A stretch of DNA of 63,639 nt, the filler included, from Stramenopiles sp. TOSAG23-3 (lineage: Eukaryota): NCBI GenBank assembly GCA_900128585.1. It is 3 parts of 3 records of this genome, joined end to end, with 100 filler letters (N's around TTAATTAATTAA, not from the genome) between each part and the next. Parts side by side here need not be neighbours in the genome. Positions count along the whole stretch, not along the records: positions 30,786 to 61,406 come from LT642228.1; 2 more parts are not named here. One strand, written 5' to 3'. A program made the translations under genes and the position numbers. Below are positions 42,006 through 52,385 of the stretch, piece after piece. The notes below the pieces were generated by a model. The model ran no database searches and was not told where the DNA came from. It was given only the letters and a program-made list of their open reading frames with translations. Positions within the stretch are counted from its first letter, which is position 1. Each line of letters begins with the position of its first letter.

Positions 42006-45000
42006 TCACACGTCCATACTTACTACAAACCATTCATTTCGTACCTCCACCGCCTTCCTACGGACTGCCCTGCTTCGATCGCCAATTGGCTCCTCAAGGC
42101 CCTTTAAGACGCGTGCTTTGTAGGGGTGAATGAGCAGATACGGGTACTTCAAAAATGTTAGCATCGCAGTAAGCGCAAGCAGCCGGTCCTCTGCGTTTTT
42201 GTTCTGGCTCGACCTGGTCAATCTCAAGATTGCAGGTACTACTGTATCCAAATGCTCCTCCACATCACTCCTACTTCTTTCTAGGACGGCCAAAAACGTC
42301 TTCAATGCAGATATACTAAGGCCGTTGTCTTTGGAAGAAACCGCTTCTATTGTTAATGGCAGTATTGTGGCCATGTGCGAATCTAGCGCCGACGTTGGCA
42401 CGTGCTTTGCCAACAGCAGCACGGCTTTGATATGGTTGGCTCGCAAAGTCCGGTCCACATCCTCTAACTTCGATTTTAGCTTGCTAAGTATACTTTCAAA
42501 AAACCTTTGCTTAAAAAAGAGGGTCTTGTTTGTGTCACAAGAGTCGCTCAAAACGTCTTTCGAGTCCTGCAAGATCAGAGGCAGGGATGCGCAGGCCATA
42601 TCGCTTACGCTTCTGCCACCCTCGTGTTGCAATGCCTCAAATATCTTTTGGACGAATTTCTCCCCCGATTTGTGCCCTCGCATAACTAAAGACTTTCCGA
42701 TCCATGACATTGTCTTCACACCGGGCGCAGTGGGCGCATCGAACGCAATGGCTTGGTTTACCCACTGGTTAAATGCATTATTGCTGATATCAACTTTGTT
42801 AAATACTGCAGCGAGGCAACGAGAAGCCGATTCAATGTGGCGATATGCAATCAACCGCTGCATTAGCATTTCCAACTGGTGTTGGTCCATCGCATTTAGC
42901 GTCGTTCTTTTGCAAGATCCCAGAACGGAAACGAGAACGCCAAGGGCATCTCCTCCTGCCGCCTCACTCACCAGTGGCGAAAACGCGGCGTTTTTATCCA
43001 AGTACGCTTGTACAACATGCTGCACAAAGACTTCGTGGTGCTCAAGAGAAGCGTTTTGGGTGACGACGCGAAAAATTCGTTCATAGCACAGACGACAAGA
43101 TTGCGCACCTGCCAATGTCCCATCTTGCGACTGCTTTATGAAATCGTCAAATAGGGCGTACGCAAATGCTTTCCCCTCCTCTCCCACTCTCGCTGAAAAG
43201 CACCAAGACATAAAGTTTACGTTGCCTTTTAAACATTCAATTGCTTTGGCAAAGGCGCGGTACAAAGCCGCGCCGTAGTATGCATTTCCCGCATGAGCAG
43301 AGGCAAAAGTATAAATACTCGATATTGCCCAAGTGCAATAATCGGGCAAAACTGCAAAGTTCGCCAAAGCTTGGAGCACTGCGCCGAGCGGTCGCGCCGC
43401 AGTATTTTCCTCCGTCTTGCACAAGATTTTCTTTAGTTCAGTCTCCAAATATGGCAATACGGTAGACGCATAAAACATTTTGTAGATGCCACCGTTTTTT
43501 GATTTAGACCCCTTTGACGCAACGTCGAGCAGAAACTTTAGGGCCGCGGATCGCACTGCTTCGTTTTGCTCCTTTAAAATCGTGCTTGCGAGCGAGACGG
43601 AAATCGATTCCAAGTCTCCCTTTTCAATAAAAGAGATAGGGGGCCTGACGATCATATTTCTCAGCGCCATGAGGCATAACGACCGCCGTTGGATATTTTC
43701 CTTTCTGCTATCTACCGGGGTTTCTTGGTACGTTGTCCAAAACAAGGTTTTAATATCCTTAAAAACCAACGTTAAAGATTGTTCTGCGTCGTAGTAAGAG
43801 ACCTCTTCATCAATGATGTCCGTAAGCAGCGCCAGGGCTTCTCTCGTCGCATCTCTCTGGGAAGGTTGCTCACTCTTGTCATGCAACTCCTTCAGCATTG
43901 GCACTGCCTTTGACATTGTTATGACAAAGCTGCTGGACGAGGCCGCTGCGAACGCTTGCAGCAAGCGCGCCGCAGCTCGGCCAATGAGCGAGTCCGGCGA
44001 CCCTGATATTTCTATCGTACTCTTCGATAGCATGGAGTGCGCAAACGACGACCACGACGAGGAAACTGCTGACGTAGGGGCGTTGCTGTTAGACAATGCC
44101 GAAGCCTTGGTTGTTGCAACCATGCAACACGATACCATGCGTTTCACAAATGTTAACGCGGCAGCAACAACTTCTTCTTCTGTACTGCGAAGAATCTCGT
44201 CAAGCAGTGCATCGCTTAGGCGAGAATCGACGAATCCCCCGGCGGCCCCGTTCTTGTTCTCATCGAGTCCATACGCTTCTACACAGATGGCCCACGCCTC
44301 GAACGACTGTATTTTTGCAGCATCTAATTCAGACTCAATCTTCTCGATGAGGAATGGAAAAACGTGTTTTCCGAGCCGGGGTGTGGAAGAAAAAATTTGC
44401 TGAAGCAAATCGATGAGGCTTTCCGGCGTAATTTGGTGCGGATCATCTTTCGGAGGCCTGAATGTTATAGGAAAGTAGCAAGAAGTTGTTTCAAACAGGG
44501 CTTCAAGCAACGTATCATCAATATCCGTTTGGCTATTTCCAAACGTTCGCAGGATGGTGTTCGCAGCACTAAGGCCTCGGATAAGGCAACGTGGATCCTT
44601 TTCAAGCCACACAGAATCTTTAAATGCCCCTATAAATTCATTTGCTTTACCATCCAGCGTCCTCACATGGTTCACGTACGAACTATTTGCAAAAATTGTT
44701 TGATACAATTCAAGATTCGTTTTTCGCCACTCTTGCACCATTGCAGGAACGTTCATTTTCGACATGGCAGTAAGTAGCTCTGCGCATTGTTCTGGGGTCA
44801 CAAGCTCGCTATCTTTATACTTCACCAAATGGAGTACACACTGCATCGCCCCACCAACGCTGACATAGTCCTCAAACCGGCCTACGAAAAACGCAAACAA
44901 CATCTCTGCGTCGTGTCGTTTGACTCCCCCAGCTGCTTCAGTTGTGAGGCGCAGCAAACCAGTCATTTCGCTCGTCTGCAGGACTGCTTCCAAGCTTTCG

Positions 45001-45194
45001 GCCAAGAGCTGCATGGCATTTTCTCTAACCGAACTGGTATCGTGGAGCATGTATTTTCTTAAATCACCTGAAATAAGAGTTTTTAGCGCCACCATCCCTT
45101 CCCTGTGGCAATACGCACGGACGTGCCCCGCAGCTTCTTCCCGCGGTTCCTTGTCATTGGAGGCGTCGGTATAGATACGTAAATGTTCGTCCAT
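42006..45194 (-). CDS. MMS19: MMS19/MET18, cytosolic Fe-S assembly targeting factor (HEAT repeats)
   Basis: EKDPRCL, SCYFPITFRPPKDDPHQIT, PFLIEKI; C-terminal PYKARVLKGL...DRSRAVRRKAVEVRNEW. ATG at 45194. Confidence 0.93.
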   Translation of the reverse strand: MDEHLRIYTDASNDKEPREEAAGHVRAYCHREGMVALKTLISGDLRKYMLHDTSSVRENAMQLLAESLEAVLQTSEMTGLLRLTTEAAGGVKRHDAEMLFAFFVGRFEDYVSVGGAMQCVLHLVKYKDSELVTPEQCAELLTAMSKMNVPAMVQEWRKTNLELYQTIFANSSYVNHVRTLDGKANEFIGAFKDSVWLEKDPRCLIRGLSAANTILRTFGNSQTDIDDTLLEALFETTSCYFPITFRPPKDDPHQITPESLIDLLQQIFSSTPRLGKHVFPFLIEKIESELDAAKIQSFEAWAICVEAYGLDENKNGAAGGFVDSRLSDALLDEILRSTEEEVVAAALTFVKRMVSCCMVATTKASALSNSNAPTSAVSSSWSSFAHSMLSKSTIEISGSPDSLIGRAAARLLQAFAAASSSSFVITMSKAVPMLKELHDKSEQPSQRDATREALALLTDIIDEEVSYYDAEQSLTLVFKDIKTLFWTTYQETPVDSRKENIQRRSLCLMALRNMIVRPPISFIEKGDLESISVSLASTILKEQNEAVRSAALKFLLDVASKGSKSKNGGIYKMFYASTVLPYLETELKKILCKTEENTAARPLGAVLQALANFAVLPDYCTWAISSIYTFASAHAGNAYYGAALYRAFAKAIECLKGNVNFMSWCFSARVGEEGKAFAYALFDDFIKQSQDGTLAGAQSCRLCYERIFRVVTQNASLEHHEVFVQHVVQAYLDKNAAFSPLVSEAAGGDALGVLVSVLGSCKRTTLNAMDQHQLEMLMQRLIAYRHIESASRCLAAVFNKVDISNNAFNQWVNQAIAFDAPTAPGVKTMSWIGKSLVMRGHKSGEKFVQKIFEALQHEGGRSVSDMACASLPLILQDSKDVLSDSCDTNKTLFFKQRFFESILSKLKSKLEDVDRTLRANHIKAVLLLAKHVPTSALDSHMATILPLTIEAVSSKDNGLSISALKTFLAVLERSRSDVEEHLDTVVPAILRLTRSSQNKNAEDRLLALTAMLTFLKYPYLLIHPYKARVLKGLEEPIGDRSRAVRRKAVEVRNEWFVVSMDV

Positions 45195-46490
45195 TGCAAC
45201 GCAAAGGAAATTTTTTTGCCTGGTAAGTGAATGTTCGTCCACAGTAATGCAAACTCACTTTTTTTGCCTGGAACTACAACGCACATTTGACGATATTGTA
45301 AATTGTTTGAAGCCCGCTCAATAATCCTCAATGATATTTTCTTTCTTTCTGTACACTTTTTAGGAGTAGTAGCGGTGAAGAGAGAAGGAGGAGGAAGAAG
45401 GGGGAGGGGGGGAAGGAGGAGAGGACGAAATGTTGTTTTGTTTTTTGTTGTTGTCTCTCTTCTTTCTTCTTATTGTGTGGTCCTGTCTGTCGGTGGGGGA
45501 TGGAGGGTTGTATGTTGTTGCTCTTCTTTCTTCTTTTTATTATTATTATTGGTGGTGTTGCGCTATTATGGCTGCTGCTGATCCTAATGCTATGTGGTTT
45601 ATTAATATTTTTGTGGAGGAAGAGAGAGAAAGAAGAAAAAAAAAAGGCAAAAAGAAGAAAGAAGAGAAAAAAAAAATGATAAAAAAAAATGCTGAAGAAA
45701 AAAAAAAGTAAAAAAAAACATAAAAAAATAATATTAATAAAATATAGAAACAACACTCTCTAGGAAATACAGGTAATAGCGTTAATGATTGAAACACGGT
45801 GGACGGAAGAAATACAATTAATTCAATAGGATTTATATCATCACAACTACAAATTATAACTACATATAAAACTATTTTATAGTTATAGTGTATATAATAA
45901 ATAACTATATAAATATTTTTTGCTTTGTCAGTTAAAAGTTTTTGGAGGAGAACTGCGAGTGAACTTCGAACTGTGATGAACCTATTTCTATTTCTATGCT
46001 ATGATGATGAATTTTGAAAACCGTTATTCTCTTTATGTCTAGAATGATTGATGGTAAAATGTATACTTAGATACTTATAGATACTGTAGCGGGTTATTTT
46101 TGCCTTGCCTGTTGGGGTGGTATAAAGTCGTCCTCCAATATATTCTTTCTTCTTTTTTTCTATCACTAAAACTACTCCAAATTATTATATCATCGTTTTG
46201 AAACCTCTACTCTGTCCCTGTGAAAAAATAAATAAAGAAGAAGTGGTGAGTGAAATCATCTTCTGTTCTTTCATACTTTTTTGTTGCTGTTGAGTTTACT
46301 AAGGCAAGTATTGTTCTTGCAACACAGAAACGGAACATCAGGGTTATACGTTTTTAACAGTATATGAGAGAGCAATACTCCTGGCGCGTTATTTGCAACG
46401 AGGAAGCAACAAACAAAAAGAACAACGAATCTTCTGAACGAACTTTAAACATCCCAGCCAAGAAGCGTAGAAACTTCAGAGCACTACGAA

Positions 46491-49439
46491 ATGAGAGGTT
46501 CGACAGTCCGATTCTCTCGCGCTCCACCCGTTAGGCAGTCGTCTCAACTTTCGACGAAACCGTTGGATGCAGCTGGCACGCGTCGCCTAAACCAATATGG
46601 GGCTGCGTCTGGAGGAATCAATACATCGAGTGGGAGGAAAACAGTAGGCCTTGCTGTAAAGACCTCGACCTTTTCGTTTGGTGGGAACGACGAGCTCAAC
46701 GGCCAAGACTTTACCGAAAAGAATTGGAAACAAATCAACCAGATGAAGAAAAGCAGACTAAAGCAGACTGAGAAACGAATCAATCGCGCCCGCATGGTGA
46801 AACAAAGCGAGCGAACAGCCAAACCCCAGTATTACATGGGGGCAAAAAGTGGAAGATCCCTGACGAGCGCTTCGGAGTACTCTGGCAAAGAGAACGACGA
46901 CCAACTGCCGGCCTTTCAAAGGCGAAGGACAACTCCTGTGAAGCGGCGTACCGTGCGCTCCTCTGACAAATCCCGTGTCCCGATCGCCGAGAGGTCCAGG
47001 GTTAAAAAGAATCCCAATCGTTTTACATCAAACACAAATTCAATTAGCAACCGTGTCGAAATGGGAAGTGGTCCGTCCGAGTCTATCCCGTCGCCTTTGC
47101 GAGAAAAACACGATGCTGCGACGGCTGCGTTGGTTAAATATGAGAAGACCTTGGCCCGCGTCGACAAGCAAGTCGCGGAATACTTTCACGAAGAGGCCGA
47201 TGAGAAAAAGCCTGGTTACGAAACGACCGAGGCGCTGGAAAAACACCGTCGGAACCTAGAACGAGCCCATGGAATGCAGCGCACCCCTGGAATGGCACCC
47301 CTGCCAAAGGAAAAGGGGAAATCACTGAAGCAACGAGACCCATACCTTGCCCTGTTGCTTGGGCGGTTAGAGGGCGAACTCGACACCGTTGAAACACCGG
47401 GCATGCAGCCGCTGGATGACAACACGCCGGTGACTACCTATGAAGCTGTGTCCAGCCAGCGCAACATGAAAAAATCGTCATCGAAACCAAGGGTGTCCCT
47501 GGTTGAGAGACAGTCAAAAGGGCCAAAACAGGCACCCAAACCCCAGCCACCGGCAGGAGACATTATCAAGGACCGCAAGCGTGAAGAGGCTCGCAAGCGA
47601 GTTGAATCAAACTGCATTCGCCTCAGTAGGGCATTGAAGTCCAACGTGGTCGAAATCCAGCTGTGCATATGGGACTGGCAAAAAACTAGGGACAGAAAGT
47701 TCAAGTCCAAGGAAGTCCGCAAACAGAAGCGCCTTGGACTGCGAAAAGACCTTTCTCGCCGCCTCAGCAACCATCGCCGAGCCTGCGTCAACCTTATCGA
47801 GGCAGTGAAGGAATGGCAAAAAATGAATAAGACGAAACAAGCGTTCATGTTTCAAGGAGAAGACGTGTACCGTTTGATCATGCGTATGCCGGTATTGCCG
47901 GCAGCTGAAAAACACGAGGAACGAACGCTGTTGCATGAGTTTAGTCTCTCCCTGTTAAGCTCCGACGAAGAAGTCATATCGTGGCTCGGATTTCGCCCGG
48001 GAAATGTGGCACATCGGAGCAACGGGTTTATTGATACCAACCCGTTCCTGCTTCCGCCATTCGACTTAAAACGTTTGTCTGTATTGACCGGAAACAGAGA
48101 GGACTCGCTTATAGCACAAATGGAAGAAGAGGAAAATGAGGGGGAAGACAGCGACGACGAACAGTATCCTTACGCCTGCGCGGAAGACATGCCATTGTGC
48201 TGTTTTATTTGCAACGTTGGTACCCGCACTGATACGGGGATTTGTGCTAATTGTGGACATAAGGGTACGAGCGATTGGCAAGAAAGGGATGCAAAGGCGA
48301 GGGAGGCGCGTTACGAGGAGGAGCTTATGTTTTTTGAAGAAGACAAAATTGAAAAGAAAGCCATGAAAAAGAAGCGCACGGAACAAGCGAAGAAAAACAA
48401 GGTCATGTACGATTCGCAGATCGGAGACGAGATTCTTTTGAAGTTCAATGAATTCAATCATCTACTGATGAACTATGATTTTCAGGCCCAAGAAGAAGTA
48501 CATGAAATTTTACCCGAAGAAGTTGCGCCCGAAGAAGAGCAGGAAGGGGAGGCTGATGAAAACAGTGACGCTGACGAATCAAAACCAACGGAGTACGATG
48601 CTCACGACAATAGCTACGAAAGCAAGTATGATGAGCAACCAGAGGAAGAAGAGGACCCAGACGCAGATATGAAAAAGATCCTGCAAGAAATGCGAGATAC
48701 AGGGGACGATTCTTCTGTTCAAGCCCCGGAAGAGCTGTGGGAGCAGAAGTCGCAAGTTCTTGATGATGTGCAAAATGTACCCGCCGCGTTCGAAGAGAAA
48801 ACAGAAGGAATTGTTGATCAAGAGGCCGTGTGGGAAGAAAAATCACAAGTGGGAGATTTGCCTTCTCCCGTGGAAGTTGTTGGAGAAACACGAGAGGCCC
48901 CAATGGAAATTGGCGATGACAACAGCAGTGAAACTGAAGCTGTAGTGCCATTTGAAGCGGTGGAGAGTAACGAAGAAGCGAAAGAAAACGAGGAGAGAGC
49001 AGAGAACGAGGAGGCAGCTGAGAACGACGAAGCATCGGTTGTGAACGAACAAGTCAGGGAAGACAGGCCGAAATCTGCTGTTGAATCTCCAAAGTCACAG
49101 CTTTCCCCTGCCTCGTCCAGGGCATCCAGATCGGCCCCCGCCAGCCCTCATAGTGCCAGCGGGGAATTCCCCGATCATTATGATGATAATGAAATGCTGA
49201 AAAATAGTGTTCAGTTTGTGCCAGAGGAAATGGGGGCAGGCGACGAAGAAACGACCGCCGATTCCCAGGTAGATGCACGTGGCGACGTGGATGTTGAGAA
49301 TAAAGTGGGAATGGAGCAAAAAATAGAAAGACCACTATCGAGAGAAGAAATGAGGGCCGCAAGACTCGCCGCGATGGAGAAGCGAATGGCCAGCATGGGG
49401 TCAAAGCTGGAAAATGAGGAGGAACAGCAAGACGAATAA
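46491..49439 (+). CDS. Hypothetical protein: basic disordered N-terminus, helical core, CxxC-CxxC zinc ribbon, long acidic C-terminus
   Basis: 982-codon ORF with coding-like composition; CFICN...CANCG motif. Confidence 0.8.
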   Translation: MRGSTVRFSRAPPVRQSSQLSTKPLDAAGTRRLNQYGAASGGINTSSGRKTVGLAVKTSTFSFGGNDELNGQDFTEKNWKQINQMKKSRLKQTEKRINRARMVKQSERTAKPQYYMGAKSGRSLTSASEYSGKENDDQLPAFQRRRTTPVKRRTVRSSDKSRVPIAERSRVKKNPNRFTSNTNSISNRVEMGSGPSESIPSPLREKHDAATAALVKYEKTLARVDKQVAEYFHEEADEKKPGYETTEALEKHRRNLERAHGMQRTPGMAPLPKEKGKSLKQRDPYLALLLGRLEGELDTVETPGMQPLDDNTPVTTYEAVSSQRNMKKSSSKPRVSLVERQSKGPKQAPKPQPPAGDIIKDRKREEARKRVESNCIRLSRALKSNVVEIQLCIWDWQKTRDRKFKSKEVRKQKRLGLRKDLSRRLSNHRRACVNLIEAVKEWQKMNKTKQAFMFQGEDVYRLIMRMPVLPAAEKHEERTLLHEFSLSLLSSDEEVISWLGFRPGNVAHRSNGFIDTNPFLLPPFDLKRLSVLTGNREDSLIAQMEEEENEGEDSDDEQYPYACAEDMPLCCFICNVGTRTDTGICANCGHKGTSDWQERDAKAREARYEEELMFFEEDKIEKKAMKKKRTEQAKKNKVMYDSQIGDEILLKFNEFNHLLMNYDFQAQEEVHEILPEEVAPEEEQEGEADENSDADESKPTEYDAHDNSYESKYDEQPEEEEDPDADMKKILQEMRDTGDDSSVQAPEELWEQKSQVLDDVQNVPAAFEEKTEGIVDQEAVWEEKSQVGDLPSPVEVVGETREAPMEIGDDNSSETEAVVPFEAVESNEEAKENEERAENEEAAENDEASVVNEQVREDRPKSAVESPKSQLSPASSRASRSAPASPHSASGEFPDHYDDNEMLKNSVQFVPEEMGAGDEETTADSQVDARGDVDVENKVGMEQKIERPLSREEMRAARLAAMEKRMASMGSKLENEEEQQDE

Positions 49440-49445
49440 GCTTTT

Positions 49446-49461
49446 TTAAATAACAGCCAAT
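49446..49461 (+). mobile_element. Minimal remnant of the retroelement tail
   Basis: TTAAATAACAGCCAAT, a 16-bp exact match, 7 bp after the stop codon. Confidence 0.55.
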
Positions 49462-49631
49462 GATTTAAAACTTAACTAACACAAATTAATATCATTAAAC
49501 TTAAAATCTTATTTTTCAAAGGATTCATTTTTCATCATCAGGAAAAATGCTTGTTGACGGAGTTCGCTTTCAGACCAACGACTGGCTGGACGTGCAACCC
49601 TATCCACCGGACTCTCCGCTCTGGAACACAT

Positions 49632-52385
49632 CTACTCCTCTGCCAATGGCGTGTCCTTGGTCGGTTCACCTACCTCCCTTAATTTCCCTAATTTCACGGC
49701 CAATTCGCACAGCTGGTTAATCGTGTCTACGGTCGCTATTTTTAATTTTTTTAAAATGTTCGTTGCAAACTCAATTTTTGCTTGAGTAACACCGCACTTA
49801 GCCATAGTTTCTACTCCAGCAGCGAACAACGTGGGGACCCAGATTTGAAGGACTTGCCCCCACAATTCCTTTCGAGTGGGAGAAAATAATTGAGTACCGA
49901 CATCCATTGCGAGAGTCCCATACAAACACGCCGCCCGGTCCTGTTTGTGTTTCGCACATGCTGCCGCTTCGGCCAACAAAGCCCATGCAAATCTTGACGC
50001 TGGAGTATTGGCCTTGTTCTCAACGGTTTCGAAGTGAGCAGCGTCAAGCGTAGCTTTGCATTCTGCATCCGAATGGTGGTACATAAAGGCATAGGCAAAA
50101 TTTATTGTCTTCGTACTTTCTTCTACTTCCTCGGGATTGTCGTACGCACTCAACGCTTCTTTTGCTACTTGGACCAGTTCCGTAACTGCAACTTTCGTAT
50201 CTGCATCGTCCATTGAAACCCAGGCACACAGTTTTGCCAAGAATTTTGATGTTTCCTTTCGGATGTCTGCGACCTTCAATGGGGTTGCCAATCCAGATTT
50301 AATCTCTTTCAAAGCGATAAGACCACGCATCGACTCTTTGAAGTGTGACGCGGCCGCAACACCGTTCCCGAAACTGGCTTTTATGGTGCCCAACTGTGCG
50401 TTGAGCTCCATGACGCGAGACAATTTGACAGTTTCTGGGTCTTTTATTTGGGCCGCGGGGGTGCCAACACGGGAAACAGCGTCGTTGCCGTTGCTGCCCG
50501 CAACGCTTTCTAAAGTTTCAGCTTCCAGCTCCTGGTTCGCCGCCGTGGCCGCTTCCTCCAACATTTTTTCCACGCCAGTGTCACTGGAGCCGATCAAGCA
50601 TAATGCAACCTTTGCCAAGAGGCGGCGGGCAGTAGACAACAGCGCATCGTTTACGCTCGAATCGGTTGATTCCACGGGGGCCAGCTTAATTAAAATGCGG
50701 CACGCTCGTGCGCTTGACATAAAGTCGCTTCTACTATGAGCTGTGATGGCTTCAATCTGCAGGCGGGCTGCAACACGTGATATTTTAACGGACTTGTACC
50801 CTAGCGCATCGTAGCACTCTGGATACATGGTAAAAATAGCTCTCCTGTCGGTTGGGACCGCTCGGCTCCCTCCCAGGTTTTGGAGTGCCTCACTCCCTGC
50901 CTCTATTTTAGCGTCAAGATCATGGCCATCCACAGACTCTGCCCCATTACAAAATACCAAGCTTTGCTCTAAACTTTCTATGGCGTCGCTATACGCAGTG
51001 AGCAAGGCACGTTTTCCTGTAGGGTTTGGCAGGCCTAGTGCCGCTTCGGCAACCTGCTTCGCCGAACACATTTTTCCCTTGCTGACGAGGGAAATTACAA
51101 AAAAGAAAAAATTACGACGGTCGGTCTCCGACGCCTTTTCCGTTTCCAGAGATTTGAACGTTTCAATGCTCTCGAGCATTATTTGTACCGCTGCGTCCGT
51201 GTTGCCTGCCATAAGGGACGACATCGCATGCAGCACGGTGGTCATTCCTCGCTCTTGCCCTGTTTTCTTTTCGAACAATGGGTGTTTAGAAGCTTCCGCT
51301 AACAACTGTTCCGTATACTCTGCGGTCGCCCCACTGATACCAGTGCACTGCAGCGATAATTTACTTGCAGAGATAATCGCGTCCAGGTATTCTTGTGACT
51401 CTTCCCCGTGCACATCTTTGACCAGGCGCACTTCCATTTTTGCTATCTGGGCTGCCTGCGCGAGCCTGAACGCGCGTTGTCTGGGCATTGCATTCGCGAT
51501 CATCACTTTCGTTGTCTTCGCCTCTCTAGTCATTCGCAGCGCCAGCAAGGAGCCCTTGACAGGGGTTTGGTTTCCGGTGGCGAGACGGGTGCTTCGGGAC
51601 GTCCAGCCAAGCTTTTGGCAAGCCTTCAAGTCTCCCAGCTGAGCTGAACAGAACCCGCACAAATATTTTGTAGCCGGCATCATGTCTGGGTCGACCTTTT
51701 TGCCTGCCCTCAAGTCGGAGAAGTACTTGTGATTTGCATGGGCAAATGCCGTGTTTGCAAGTCGGTACGGGTTGGGAAACGTAAAAAAGTCGATGCACTT
51801 TTGAAACAGACCGTTGGCGGTAAAATCTCTTCGACCAACTTTGGCTGTGTCTTTGAAGTAATTGATTTTCTGAAGGTTCATGCAAGCAACGAAGTGTTGC
51901 AGGGCTTGTTTTGAGTCGCCTGTGAGGAAAGCAAGCTCGACCTTTTGCCAGCCTTTGTGCGCGAAGAACTCATTTGCTTGGGCAGTCGGGATAGGGGTGT
52001 CCCTCCTGATTGGGCTTTGCGCCCCTCCCGTCAAAGAGTTGAGGAACCCTGCCTGGAATCCTGGGTTGGCGGCAGCACGTGGCGGCGCAGGGGCTGCGTT
52101 TTTCTTCCTCGCCGCGGCCGCAGTCAAGGGCTGAGAGGCCTTCTTCGCTTTCGCAGAGGCCCCACCTTTTGCTCTGGCAGCGCCGCTGTTCCCACCCTTC
52201 TTCTTTTTCTTCTTCTTTTTCTTCTTTCGCTTTCCACCCGTCCCAAGAAAAAAGTAACCCGCAGCAGCCATCACCACGCCAGCACCGACAACCGCAACAG
52301 TTGTCAACAACCCCGACCCAGACGTTTGCTCGCTCTCTTTTGGAACCTCTGGGAGGTCCCCAAACGTCGGTTTGATCGTTTGCAT
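49632..52385 (-). CDS. Hypothetical membrane-anchored, Ala-rich helical (TPR-like) protein
   Basis: 917-codon ORF; N-terminal TM helix (LLTTVAVVGAGVVMAAAGYFFL) followed by poly-Lys. Confidence 0.8.
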   Translation of the reverse strand: MQTIKPTFGDLPEVPKESEQTSGSGLLTTVAVVGAGVVMAAAGYFFLGTGGKRKKKKKKKKKKGGNSGAARAKGGASAKAKKASQPLTAAAARKKNAAPAPPRAAANPGFQAGFLNSLTGGAQSPIRRDTPIPTAQANEFFAHKGWQKVELAFLTGDSKQALQHFVACMNLQKINYFKDTAKVGRRDFTANGLFQKCIDFFTFPNPYRLANTAFAHANHKYFSDLRAGKKVDPDMMPATKYLCGFCSAQLGDLKACQKLGWTSRSTRLATGNQTPVKGSLLALRMTREAKTTKVMIANAMPRQRAFRLAQAAQIAKMEVRLVKDVHGEESQEYLDAIISASKLSLQCTGISGATAEYTEQLLAEASKHPLFEKKTGQERGMTTVLHAMSSLMAGNTDAAVQIMLESIETFKSLETEKASETDRRNFFFFVISLVSKGKMCSAKQVAEAALGLPNPTGKRALLTAYSDAIESLEQSLVFCNGAESVDGHDLDAKIEAGSEALQNLGGSRAVPTDRRAIFTMYPECYDALGYKSVKISRVAARLQIEAITAHSRSDFMSSARACRILIKLAPVESTDSSVNDALLSTARRLLAKVALCLIGSSDTGVEKMLEEAATAANQELEAETLESVAGSNGNDAVSRVGTPAAQIKDPETVKLSRVMELNAQLGTIKASFGNGVAAASHFKESMRGLIALKEIKSGLATPLKVADIRKETSKFLAKLCAWVSMDDADTKVAVTELVQVAKEALSAYDNPEEVEESTKTINFAYAFMYHHSDAECKATLDAAHFETVENKANTPASRFAWALLAEAAACAKHKQDRAACLYGTLAMDVGTQLFSPTRKELWGQVLQIWVPTLFAAGVETMAKCGVTQAKIEFATNILKKLKIATVDTINQLCELAVKLGKLREVGEPTKDTPLAEE

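Noticed and set aside
42130-44777. Long antisense ORFs opposite MMS19 and other GC-richer genes (for example 50827-51642)
   Set aside because: Shadow ORFs expected from codon bias; no recognisable motifs.
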